64,000 bases of DNA, from the NCBI GenBank assembly GCA_976551045.1, contig CDPCPM010000005.1, positions 1,178,001-1,242,000 on the forward strand. The letters are read 5' to 3'. Below the pieces are notes generated by a model. It did no database searches. It was not told where the DNA came from and saw nothing but the letters and a program-made list of their open reading frames with translations. This DNA comes from Glaucostegus cemiculus. Taxonomy: Eukaryota. Position numbers and translations under genes: made by a program. Shown here piece after piece: positions 1-12,559 of the stretch; within the stretch, counting starts at the first letter, position 1, and each line of letters starts with the position of its first letter.

Positions 1-1842
1 ATATATCCAATATATGGGGGGGATAGAGGGAACAGAGCAACGATAGGTGGACAAAAGAGGGGAGACAGGGTGGGCACAAGGTGGTGATGGGTAAATGCAG
101 GTAAGAGATAGCCTATCACTATCTTATCTGGTAGCAATGGAACTCTATAGCTTAAAAGACACAGATTTAAGCCAACTTGGGGAGATATAAGGAAACAAAA
201 AATTTAAAAATTGCTATTGAATTTACTTTCATCATGCTTTCAAGCAGTGACTCTCAGGAACAACAGTGTGCCATCCAAAACAAAAGGTTGAATAACTACA
301 GGAAGGGAAAATATTGACATTATTATGTGGAAAGAATGAAAACAGTGAAACTAATTGGATAGCTTTACCAATGAACTGCACTGGCATGCTGGGTTGAAAG
401 GCCCTGTTGTTTCAGCATCATTCTATGACTCTACAGTAAGGAATAATTCAAAGCTTGTTGAATGGTTGCCAGGGTTTGTGGTCACTTGGTTGTGTGGTTT
501 GAGATTCAATTTACTGAATGCAGAAAAACAGAAATACTAAATTAACTCTCAATACAAGGCAGTCCATTCAAATGTTACTTACCATATGGATGCAGAAGAT
601 AGTTGGGTTATTCCCCATGTTTAATACAGTGGACCGCCCCCAGCCATGGTGAATTGCTGGTCTTTGATGTGGCACATCTGCTTCTTGCATTCAGTTCAAA
701 TCTCTTCAACCCTGTTTTAATTTTTTTTGGCAAATGAAACAAAGAAGAAGACTTTTAAGAATCACAACAGACACCATTTAGCTTGAAATATCTAACATTC
801 CAGGTCAATTTAATGGAATTATTGCTGTACACCAGTTTCTGCTTTGTTGTATGACTGTAGCTGCTGTTGATTTGTGTGGTAGTGTTGTCCCGTAATTCAA
901 TTCTTACTGCTGTCTGATTTAAAGTAACACAGTGCCACAGGTTAATTCAAATGCGTTTATTAGCAGTATACTGCGGGAGAATTCTCCCTCAAACTCTCAT
1001 GTAGAGTCTATGTCGGAGCTCTCCAAAATCCAGAAAAGCAGAGAGAAATTTATACAAAGATTGTCACACACACTTAATGAAGTTGGCTCCAGGGTTCTCA
1101 GTTGAGCAGGAAATGGACAAGGGGCTGCTACTGCAGCTTCACACCTCAGGTTCAGCTAAATGCTTTGCAGTCGGGAGAGACAAAGGCAGGTATCACCTTC
1201 ACTGTTTGAGACAGTCCTCCCACTTCCCAAAGATTTGACTTTCATTCCAAGAGTTATGCATAATGAGAACCCCAAACATAGCAATTAACAATCAGTACCC
1301 AGCTTAGGAAAACAGTGGTGTGGTTGCTCCAGCCTGAAAGACACTTTTTAAGTCAGTGTTTCAAGTAGCCATGTTTTTCGTCTGTCTTATGTTATGAACA
1401 CAGTTATTGTTTATTAATCCTATACTTCCTCAGTAGCAGTTACGTTAATCAGTTGTATGTCTATGTATGTAGATTAGTTGTAGGGCAAAGATGCAGATGT
1501 GATTAATTTTTGAAGATATTCATAATTGGAAATGTGCTTTTTAAATTGACATTATAAATTGTCCAAGCTAGATTCATCTCAATCATCCTTTTTACTGCTT
1601 CCTAGTTTCATTCTGTGCTTCCACACAACATTTTCTATTTAATATGCTTTTGATTAGGTTCAGGGAAAAACATTCTGGAATTCCAAAGATACACAGCCCA
1701 CTGAATGAAGAAGTTCTTCCTCCTCTCAGTCATAAATGGCTTATTCTTTAACTGAGACTATTTACTCCTAGTTCTAAGTGTTCCAGCCTGAGTAACAGCC
1801 TTTTACTGTCTATCCTTTCAAGCCCTCTTAGGATTTTACTTG

Positions 1843-2687
1843 TGTTACGTATCAGCAACACAAAGAGCCATGTATAAGTGTTAGAATCTATTTATTAATA
1901 ACTACCTGTAATAATAAGAAAAGTAAAAACATTAGATATTAAACATTGACCACAAAAATAAACTTGAATTTCTGTGTGTGTGGCGAATTCCCAAACCCCA
2001 AGTCTAGGAATAGTTCTCAAACTTCAGTTCAACAATTTGTAAGGTAGAACAATGAGCAAAGGCTTTTGCAAAACCACAGTCGATTGTAGAGAGAATATAG
2101 AGAGAATTTACGAAATCCACATGTTCCACGAAGGAACACATTTGACACCTCAATCTCTGATGATCTCCATTGCTTTGTTCTGAAGTATCTGCCACCCGAA
2201 GGCATTCGATACGTGACCACCCACAGAAATACCTGCTTTCCAGTACAGGTTAACGACAAAGTGGACTCCATTGATTGCCCCCAAAATTTATATATGGATT
2301 GTATAGTGACAGACACGACTGTTGTTCTTCATNNNNNNNNNNNNNNNNNNNNNNNNNNNNNNNNNNNNNNNNNNNNNNNNNNNNNNNNNNNNNNNNNNNN
2401 NNNNNNNNNNNNNNNNNNNNNNNNNNNNNNNNNNNNNNNNNNNNNNNNNNNNNNNNNNNNNNNNNNNNNNNNNNNNNNNNNNNNNNNNNNNNNNNNNNNN
2501 NNNNNNNNNNNNNNNNNNNNNNNNNNNNNNNNNNNNNNNNNNNNNNNNNNNNNNNNNNNNNNNNNGCCATAACCAGTATGCTCCAGTTATAGTCTTGCAG
2601 TCCTTAACTAACACCACACACAAACACTACGCTACTGTCCAGGTGCCTTAAAGGGACATTCACCAAGTAGCAACCTGGCTCATAACA
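1843..2687 (-). mobile_element. Solo LTR (Gypsy-like), inserted in a CR1 remnant
   Basis: TGTTA...TAACA termini; perfect 4-bp TSD CTTG (1839-1842 and 2688-2691); reverse-complement homologue of 16049..17487. Confidence 0.8.
2333..2565. other. Assembly gap (233 N)
   Basis: Run of N; ORFs crossing it are artefacts. Confidence 0.99.
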
Positions 2688-3446
2688 CTTGTTTTAATAG
2701 AGTTAATTATGCAGGCAAGTTCTATTCATTTACTTCTGGTGGGACAACCTCTTATCCCAGGAATCAATCTACTTAACATGAGTTCCACAACCTTTAAGAC
2801 AAGAATATCCTTCTATGGGTAAGGAGGTGAAAGGCTCAGAACTTACTCGCACAACTCCAAAAGTTAGGGTTTTATACTGTTGAAAATTTTGTTATTACAG
2901 TGTAGAGCAATGTTGCACACATTTCTGGATGATTAACTGGCTGTCCTGTCATTTTACAGCTGGACTTCCACTCTCCCTGGTGTTTTGCCTTTCCCAAGAG
3001 CTATCAACAGTAGTGCAACATGAGATTTTTACCCACAAATGCCTTGAAGCATGACTGTCCTTATTTACTGACAGAAGGCCAAGCCTTTCTAACTTAATTT
3101 CTCCTGGAACTGTGCTATTAAAAGACCAACACTCTGCATTCTTTGTCCCTCACCAAAATAGGAACACAGGAGTGGGAGTAGGCCATTTGGCCCTCAAAGC
3201 CAGCTCTGCCGTCCAGTATAATTCTGGCTGGTCATCCAAATTCATTTCCCAGTTCATTCTTTCTCCCCATATCCTTTGACCTCCTTAGCCATGAGAGCTA
3301 CATTGCACCTCCATTGCCTTACATTGTTACAGAATTCCACAGGTTCACCACTCTTTGGGTGATGACATTTCTCCTCCTATCAGTCCTAAATGTCTTACCC
3401 TGTGTCATTCCCCACCATCATAAACAAGCTTTCTGTATCTAACTAG

Positions 3447-4441
3447 GCTGCATCCTCAGTGTCCTCCTCTACTTCCTATACACTCACAACTGTGTGACCA
3501 GATTCTGCTTCAGCTCCATCTACAAGCATGCAGATGATACCACTGTAGTGGGCCGTATCTCAAATAACAATGAGTCAGAGTACAGGAAGGAAATAGAGAG
3601 CTTAGTGACATGGCGTCATGACAACAACCTTTCCCTCAATGTCAGCAAAACAAGGGAGCTGGTCATTGACTTAGGAAGGGGGATGGCAGGGCAGTGCACA
3701 TGCACACTTCTACATCAATGGTGCTGAAGTCAAGAGGGTTGAAAGCTTCAAGTTCCAAGGAGTAAACATCATCAATAGTCTGTCCTGGTCCAACCATATA
3801 GCTGCCACGGCCAAGAAAGCTCACCAGTGCTTCTACTTCCTCAGGAGGCTAAAGAACTTTGGAATATCCCCTTTGACACTCACCAACTTTTATCAATACG
3901 CAATAGAAAGTATCCTATCTGGATGCATTATGTCTTGGTGTGGCAACTGCACTGCCTGGGACTGCAAGAAACTGCAAATAAGTTGTGGACACAGCTCAGC
4001 ACATCAAGGAAACCAACCTCCCTTCCATGGACTCTTGTCTATACTTCCTGCTACCTTGGTAAAGCAGCCAGCATAATCAAAGGCCCCAACCATCTGGGAC
4101 ATTCTCTCTTCTCCCCTCTCACATCATGCAGAAGATACAAAGGCCTGAATACATGTACCACCAGGCTCAAGGGCAGCTTCTACCCTGCTGTTATAAGACT
4201 ATCGAACGGTTCCCTAGTATGATAAGATGGACTCTTGACCTCATAATCTACCTTGTTGTAACTTATTGTCTATCTGCACTACACTTTCTATGTAGCTGTG
4301 ACACTTTACCCTGCATTCTGTATTGTTTTACCTTATAATACCTCAATCCCCTGTGTAATGAATTGATCTGTATGAACAGTATGCAAGATAAGTTTTACAC
4401 TGTACCTTGGTACAAGCGACAATGATAAACCAATTCCAATT
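3447..4441 (+). mobile_element. Rex1/Babar-type non-LTR retrotransposon, 5'-truncated and frameshifted (older family)
   Basis: RT motif HADDTTVVGRISNNNESEYR...NNLSLNVSKT; C-terminal GRRY...TTRLK.SFYP; 3' UTR ending in ccaatt repeats. Confidence 0.9.
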
Positions 4442-4741
4442 GCTCTGCCCAGTCCCATCAGGATTATTTACATTTCAGCAAGTAAGTATCTGCTGAATTG
4501 TCCAACCTCTATTCATACATTAGTCTGATATCAGTCCTGGAATTGGTCTCGTAAACCTTTGATGTACTCTTTCCATGGCAACAACTTTCTTCCTTCTTTC
4601 CTTCCTCCCTCAGATAGGAAGATGAAAACTGCCTACAATATGTAAGAAAGATCTCACCAAGGCTCTGTAAAATTGTAGTAAGACATCCTGTGTGCTGTAC
4701 TCAAACCCTTGTGGAGTTGGATCTTGTTATCCTTTTCAAAG

Positions 4742-4777
4742 ATGAATTTCTCTGTGATTTCTGAAGAAAAGCTTGAG
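4742..4777 (+). CDS. Candidate coding exon A of unidentified + strand gene (MNFSVISEEKLE, phase 0-0)
   Basis: Acceptor ttatccttttcaaag, donor gag|gtactt (moderate); open frame joins exon B in phase. An alternative donor g|gtaaat lies about 22 nt further on. Confidence 0.3.
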
Positions 4778-7357
4778 GTACTTGTACCTACTTTCGCAGG
4801 TAAATCTGAATAACCAGCAAAGATATTAAGTGTTCTCCAAGAATGATGAATTTGCTTCAAAACAACAGATTCCAATTATGTTTTCATTCTTTCTTACCAT
4901 GAACTTGAAACTGCCAATTTAAATCATTTTATGAAAGTTATACATTCTACATCCACAAGATCATATTAGTCATTCACTGTGTAGTGAACTAACAATTGAT
5001 TTGATCACAGACCTGCCACTTGAAACCTCAGATCTGAAGCCGTGGGCAGATCTGAATCAAACTTATAAAAGGAGAGGCTTTTCCTTCATGTGGTGCCATT
5101 TCAGAGCACAGAAGGGAATTGGGTAAGGCTGAGCCAGAGGTGGGTATGAGAAGTTGAGGTGATGCTGAGAATTCCTGGTATCTTCTATTTATATTTTAAA
5201 TTTCCAGCATCAATGTTTTGTTTTATTTTTAAACTATATTAATGTAGTGGAGATTGGGAGCTAAAGTTCTTTTCACATACTATTTTGTTTCAGAGCCTTA
5301 ACATGTATTCAACTTCAGAAAAACTAGCATAAAATCTTCAACTTAATTCACATTTAGGTGAAAAAATATTGTTTCATTAATAAAATAGGCTTTCCACCTG
5401 TACTACATACAAATTTAATACTTCCTTGATAATAAGAAATAAGATAAATAATTTTTCATTTGTGGTTTTAAGATTTTCTGGGAACTGGTGAATACCAGAT
5501 TTTTCCTTCAGTTTATAATCATAAATATGTGATACAGATTTCCATGAAAGGAAGTAAATCCTCTCTCAACCGACGAGTTGCATGATTATTCAGTAAAGCA
5601 TAAACATTGATATAAGAGGCTAAATATAATGTAAGCTGAGGAGAAGAAAATGAAATGATTTTTTAAAAAGTGAAAGTAAACAATGCCAACCTAATTAGTA
5701 TACTTATCAAGCAAGTGATTGATTTGTGAAATAGTGGCTATAATAAATTCAAGACAAGGGAGCAGAAGTAGGTCATTCAGCCCATTGAGTCCATAGTAAG
5801 ATCTTTATTGGATCGAAAACCCAGACTGTTAATTGAGTTTATCAGACTGGTTATTGGCTATTAAATGATTTCAAGTAAATTATAGTGTCAAATATTAAAG
5901 ACACTGCACAAGTAAGAAAATCACTGTTGTTTAATACCAATCAGAACATAAATTATTCTGTAGTGAACTTAGAATTTCTATGCTAGAAACAGGATTCATG
6001 AACGCCATTTTTTATCACACATACAAGTGGTTTTACCCAGGTTAGATTGTGCTGGATGAAATTAAGCCCAAGGTAAATCAGGCCTAGCACTTCTGTGCAC
6101 AATTCACCTTAGAGCACCAAGCATTTTCCCAGTATCAGTCATGCACCAAAGATATCAAAGCTCATGCACCAGATATTTCCTCCCTTGCTGATATAAATTG
6201 GGGGAGCCTTTGGATAAAACTTATATCTTTTGTTAAATACTCATGGAAATGTGGGGCATTGAGCTGAGATTATTAATGAGGCATCAATTGCCTCCATTCT
6301 GGCATTCATGTCTTAAACACAGCATCTGCCAGTTTCAATTTTCATTGCTTGGGATATTTGAAACCTTATCACTGGTTGTTCCAGCACTGATTACAGTCTT
6401 AATTATAAAGTCAAAGCTTCAGAGCTTCAAGCTACTATGTCTGTCCTTTTGATTATCCTTTGCCTGGGTTCACATGGAGCACAGGTCTTGATCAAGTCAA
6501 ATGATGGTGTGGAAAATCCCTGTGCACATGGAAGATTGCCACTGCCTCCCTCCCATGCAACTTTCCTTTACTGTGCATTTTCCCTCACTATCATGGCAGC
6601 CTCACTGCAGCTGTTCTGTGGCTGCCATCGGGTAGGTACTTCAAGGTATGACACCCTTCCCAGAGAGCAGCATGGCAAAGGCAAACAGTTTGGAAATTTT
6701 CATTCAGCTCCTGTCAGGGACTTCAAATTCTATGTCAGGGCATGAGTCATGGTATAAATTGCCATATCACTGTTTTTATCATATTTCTGGTCAGTTTTAC
6801 ATTTTATTTTGTTTGATACTAGTGTTATATGCAGCATAAGATTAGTGTAGCAAAAGAAAGATTGTAGTCCAATTTCTAGGAAGGTGACTAAAATATCAGA
6901 TTGAAATAAAACATAGTTCATGTGAGTGGCCTTCAGAAGTGATTTATGAAGCCTTCCCCCATAATAAGCTGCTCACCACCACTCTACATGAGCCTCACAC
7001 GTGAAAGATGCCATTATTGTACATGTGCAGAAAGAGCTAAGCTGTACAAATATGGCTCTCACCAGGAGATGCCCAGATGAGTTTCATCAGAGGTGAGCTG
7101 GAAACCACTGCAGTCATTTCTATTCCAGGAACATGTGTGCTAACAAAATTTCTAATCACTTGTATTTTACAGCAATTAAAGGTCATCAAAAGTAGGTCCT
7201 GACAATGAGCAACTATTATATCATTCAGTAAAGATGTCAAGAATTTCAATAACATGAGATTAAACCAAATTCTAATCCCTTCTATAAATGTACTTGTGAC
7301 TGGATATCTCAAAAATGTTTAGAGTTTTGATTGCTTCTTTTGTTTATTTCTTCTCAG

Positions 7358-7420
7358 AGAAAAATTGAAATGCTGCGAGTGATTGAGCCCATGCAAGGTT
7401 TCAAAGGTGCCATGGTCAAG
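7358..7420 (+). CDS. Candidate coding exon B (RKIEMLRVIEPMQGFKGAMVK, phase 0-0)
   Basis: Strong acceptor tttgtttatttcttctcag, donor aag|gtgaat; only one frame is open. Confidence 0.5.
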
Positions 7421-7559
7421 GTGAATTTACTCCTTTATTCCTATTTTGCTGTACCTGGGGATTAAACTGAATAAAAACAAATCCTTTAAGTGTACCTAAT
7501 TGTCCATGGTTAGTTAGAGAATTAATATAAGTAGCCAACATTGTGCAAAGCAAAATATT

Positions 7560-7800
7560 GCGGCACGATAGTGTAGCGGTTAGCGCGATGCTGTTACAGT
7601 GCCAGCGATCAGGGTTTGATTCCCGTCGCCGATTGTAAGGAGTTTGTACGTTCTCCCGTGTCCGCATGGGTTTCCTCCAGGTGTTCCGGTTTCCTTCCAC
7701 ATTCTGTAAGACGTACGGGTAGGTTAATTTGGGAGTTTAAAAATGGGCGGCACAGACTCGTTGGGCCGAAAGGGCATGTTACCACGCTGTAAATAAAATT
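7560..7800 (+). mobile_element. tRNA-derived V-SINE
   Basis: A/B-box-like head (tagtgtagcggttagcg...gggtttgattccc) and V-domain core gtttgtacgttctccc...ccggtttcc; A/T-rich tail. Confidence 0.85.
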
Positions 7801-8935
7801 TATAAAAATTTATAATTTATAATGCTGAATAATTGCACAGGATAACATTGCTTAAAAAGGCAATTCAACTGTGTTTGGTCCAGGCCAGCATTAATGCTTC
7901 ACTCAGACCACACCCTGTCTTTGCTTGTGTAAATCCATCAATGTAACTCTATTATCTTCATCTTGTATACTTGTCAGCCTGCCCTTAAGTGCATTTATAT
8001 AATTTATTTCAACCACATACTGTGGTAGTATTATGTTTTATTATTCTTACCTTACATTCTTATCACTCTGTGACAAAATTTCTTCTGAATTCCTGTTTGA
8101 TTTCATGTTGACTATCTTATATTAGTGGTCTGTAGTTAAGATGTTCCCTACAAGTGAAACATTCTCTCTATTTCCTTAGTGCTACGAACTTAGCAATTGC
8201 TTCTTTCCCCTGAGAAGACATTTCCCCCACCCCACCCTCCCTCAGTGGTATCCAACATGGCTAATAGAACCTGAAGCATTATTTTAATATTTGTGCCACA
8301 ACACAAAATTCAGTAGTTAAAGAAATATCTGCTATAGAGTTGAAACAATGAGAAACAAAAAAATATTTTTATTGCTCTATTCTGTTTCACCCAAGCGCTC
8401 AATTTTCTCATGAGATTCACTTAATTATCCATAATTCTAGCTGTTAAAATAATTCTTAACAGTCATAATGACGTTCTGCAATCATATACTAAATGCAGAA
8501 TGCAATTCCCTCTGGACCATGTGTAATCTCAGTACTACCCAGAATAAGTCCTTGCATGAGTCACTGCTGCTCAGTGTGACTCAGCTTCCCACACTGTAAT
8601 TATTCTGGCAACAAAGCCATGGTGCATTTACAGTTTGTGATAGCAAACTTGCCTATGATGAGATTATATGGGACCCTTACAATGCCACCTGAAGACTTAC
8701 AGTACATCATTGTGCACTTTCCATCTCAGATTATTTTTTTGCCCATCATGAGGAACACAAATCTCTGGGCAGATTTTTCCCTCTGTGTGGATTTTGGATT
8801 AGTGGACGGATTTTAATTGTGACTTTTTGAGGGCCAAGTTTTAATAAGCATATTGGGCGGCAGATGGAAAACAAACACCTTGTGTTGCAGCTTGCAATTT
8901 GAGCAGATTATCTGCCCAATTGGCACTGGAGAAGG

Positions 8936-8977
8936 TATATATACATATATACATATATATATAGATATAGATATATA
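8936..8977. repeat. Compound (TA)/(TACA)/(TAGA) microsatellite
   Basis: Direct reading. Confidence 0.9.
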
Positions 8978-9611
8978 GGGCATATAACTGAATTACATTA
9001 AACTGAGTCTCTGTTCTTGCTTTGGCCTATCACAACTTAGAAGCAATCCATTAAGGCAGATGAGTGCACCAGGTAGTGAAATGTATTGCTGTGATGTCTC
9101 CTCTATATTTCTGAATTGGGCCTCGAGTATGTGTAACAATCTCTGCTGAATTACTATTTTTAGATGCTGGGGAATTTTAAATGTTTCATTGGTGCATCTG
9201 GCATTGCCAGTGGTTTGTGCAGGGTTGGGATTGCCCATGAACTTTGTAGAAAGTCAATGCCCAGGATCTGCTGTTATGGTTCACTCACAAGGTGGTTCTG
9301 ACTTCTGAATTTCATTGTGTTTTGCTAACTTCCTCGGGAGGAAGTCACACTGCCGGACTATTTGAATCCAGTGGAGCTGGGCCTATGTCACACAGTGCTG
9401 ACAACACTGTCGGTGTCCTGATGGATACGGAAAATCTTGTACTTTGGACCTAATTAATTTGCAGTTAGGGAGCAATTGGTTCCTGTTTATTACAGGTATG
9501 AAAGAAACAAGAGGATAGCATAAATAAGTCTAAAATAAAGAAATTATGTTCATTAAACAATAATGAACCAATGATTACATTGAACAAAGACACAATCATA
9601 CATTAAAAGAT

Positions 9612-9832
9612 AACTCTTGATCTCCCAGTTTACCTTGTTGTGGCTCTTGCAACTTATTTGGTTACTTGCACTGCACTTTCTCTGTAACTGCAACACTATA
9701 TTCTGTGTTCTGTTTCTCTTTTTACTACCTCAATGTAATTATGTATGAGAAGAACTGTTTGGATGGCATGCAAAACAAAATCTTTTCACATATCTTGGCA
9801 CATGTGACAAAAATAAACCAATCCAATCCAAT
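9612..9832 (+). mobile_element. 3' UTR fragment of older Rex1/Babar family
   Basis: Matches the 3' UTRs at about 4230-4440 and 29860-30075. Confidence 0.75.
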
Positions 9833-10482
9833 CATCTGTTCCGTTACTTCATCCAAGTAGCACCAACAATATCTAAACTCCCAAGCCTCCCCATGACTAA
9901 GATAACAAAACAATTAATGAATTCCCACCCTGAACTTACAATACTCCAAGGACAGACAGAACTAGACAAGGTTTCAATCCTTAGCTACCTGATTAACTAC
10001 TGTGTTTACATAGAAGGACTTATTCTACAATGGAGGCCTGCAAAAGTGACATGCACACTGTGGAGTTCTTGCAGTGGCAGAAAGGGTGGATAATAATCCA
10101 TTATGATTGTGGCCCAGATTGTGTGATGGGGGCTGGGGAAGGACTGCTGATCACCCTGCCTACGTACATGAATAAGTACTTAAGTATTGGTGTCCTGGAT
10201 TGCTGCTTGCTGAATCTAGTTAGGATATTCAAAATGCAAGGTTGTATTGAGGGGTATTGATATCAAACTTAAATAGCTAAATTAGTGGTGTATTTTCTGA
10301 GCTATCTATTCCAAGAATACCCTTTCCCTCTGGCAAAATGGCAGTTTCCATAGCAATTGCAGGAATGAGATGTTATGTTCTACTGCCTTGTTTCCATTTG
10401 GTGAGTGTCTGAAAATTCTATCACTCTGTCAAGCCAAGTATGCAGTAGTTATTAGGAGAGGGGAGTGTTTTATACATAAACT

Positions 10483-10950
10483 AAGTCGAGTTTATTATCA
10501 TATGCACAAGTACATTTATGCACAGGTGCAATGAAAAACTTACTTGCAGCAGCATCACAGGCACATAGCATCATTTAAGCAGCATTCACAAGAAAAATAT
10601 AAACCGTACACAATTTTTGAAAGAAAGAACACAATTAGAACAAAAAGTAAACAAAGTTCACTGTAATGCAAAGTGATCAAGGTGGTCAGTTGCTATACTG
10701 AGGTAGTGATTAGGGTTGTGCAGGTTAGTTCAGGACCTGAATGGTCGAAGGGAAGTAGCTGTTCCTGAACCTGGTGGTGTGGGACTTCAGGCTTTTGTAC
10801 CTCCTGCCCAATGGTAGCTGTGAGTAGATGACATGCCAGATGATAGGGATCTTTGATGATGTTGCATTCTTGAGGCAGTACCTCATGTAGATACTAGTGA
10901 TAGTGGGGAGGAATGTGCCTGTGATGCATTGGGTTGGGTCTACTACTCTG
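10483..10950 (-). mobile_element. Rex1/Babar 3' fragment
   Basis: ORF 10725..10970: LPLGRRYKSLKSHTTRFRNSYFP. Confidence 0.8.
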
Positions 10951-12061
10951 ATGGAATTGGTCTTGGCCAATAATGGTAAAGCAGTGTCATTTCATTTGTT
11001 GTCATCCAGGTTGAATGCAACGTTTGAAATACATAAAGGATGAGACAACCCAGAATTTAGTACTACTTTGACAGTCTCAATAATAAATGATTATCTATGT
11101 TTGGAAGTGGAAAACTTCCACATTTACGCACAGCATGCACAGGGATGTTGGTGAGTTACAGTAGAGGGCACTTTTCTCTTGTTTGAGAATTAATGAAGTA
11201 TAGCCACATTGCACAGACAATGACATGGATGTGTGACCCATTGTACTCTCCTGTTTGGATGTGATTGCATTCATGGTCTTTCCCTGGTGTTCTCATGACA
11301 AGAGTTTGTCAGTCTGCCTCATAAGCCCAGCTCTCAAAGTAAATTTGATGGCCTTGTATTCATGAACGCATAACACCCTGGCATAGAAAAAAAACCTGTG
11401 TGATTTGTACAGGCAATGAAGTCATCCCTGCACAACTTTTTCCAGACTGCTACTTACCACATTCAAGGTTCACTCAGTTCAAGTGTGACTACATCATGCA
11501 ACTGTACAGCAGATACTGTAATGCTGACATCTGGGCATTCGACTGGCCTCTCTCAGAAATCAGGTTAGGTTACTGAAACTCCATCCAATGCTCATTGATC
11601 CAACTGAAATTCACAGTGAGTGACTTCTACTGCACTTAACAGCTGAAATACATGTGCAATGGGTGTAGTGCAATGGGTATAATGCAATCTGTTACTGAGG
11701 AATCAATGTGACTGGTCGTACAGGCTAGGTTAGACCTGGCCATAGAGGCACACCAAAGAAAAGTCTATTTCCGGTAAGTCTTAAGTTACACCATTTCCTA
11801 TCCGAGGAGTGTCTTCACAGGTTCATATTTTCAAAAGTACTTATGATGGAGATATGTGATGTCCTCAGAGAAAAATTTGTACCATGCTGTTATTCCAGGA
11901 CTGCCCTCTCCAGTGGGGCCAAACTTGCCTTGACTGTCAATAACCTCGCTACAGGGTATATTTTGAGCATGTGCAGAAGATCACTGCCATGCCTTCCAAT
12001 TTGCTGCTCAGTGTTGCAGCACAGAGTCTGTACAGTCACTTTACTCATAGAGGGATGACTT

Positions 12062-12230
12062 TATTTACAGAAAATGTTGGAAACACTCAGCAGATTGGGC
12101 AGCATCTGGAAAAAGAAAGTTAATGTTTCAGGTCCAGGACCTTTCATTAGAACTGGGAAAGAGAGAAAAACAAATTAGTTTGAAAACTTTATTTCAGATC
12201 TCCAGCATCTGCTATTCATTGATTTTCATT
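12062..12230. mobile_element. Penelope-associated short repeat with a hammerhead-like core on the - strand
   Basis: gaaacactcagcag...gcagcatctg head; - strand reads ctaatga-aaggtcctggacct-gaaac. Confidence 0.55.
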
Positions 12231-12366
12231 CAACAACATTTCTACTTCTGTTTTAGCTGGAAAGGTGTCACTTCTCATTAGTATTTGCAAGATTTGTTGA
12301 CATCTTACAAGTGCAAGCAGCCTTTTAATTGCTTTCATGCATATAAAAGCCTCACACTAACAGAAA

Positions 12367-12559
12367 AGGCTTCCACTCACTGAAAGCATACTTAGTGATG
12401 GGTTATCAGAAGCTGTTCCTCATGGGCAACGCAATGTATCTGGCAGCAGGTATGACACATTTATTCTTGTGTGGAGTGAGCTGCCGGATACATTGCATTC
12501 CCATGAGGAACAGCTTCTGTTAACCCATCACTAAGTATGCTTTCAGTGAGTGGAAGCCT
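12367..12559. repeat. Long inverted repeat (81/80-bp arms, 32-nt spacer)
   Basis: 12367-12447 is the reverse complement of 12480-12559 with 3 substitutions and 1 indel. Confidence 0.95.

Noticed and set aside
2213-2651. Five long ORFs in the track
   Set aside because: They read through the N gap inside a solo LTR.
7031-7092. Possible exon KELSCTNMALTRRCPDEFHQ ending ag|gtgagc
   Set aside because: Poor polypyrimidine tract and phase incompatible with exon B.
7560-7630. tRNA-like A/B boxes
   Set aside because: SINE head continuing into the V domain, not a tRNA gene.
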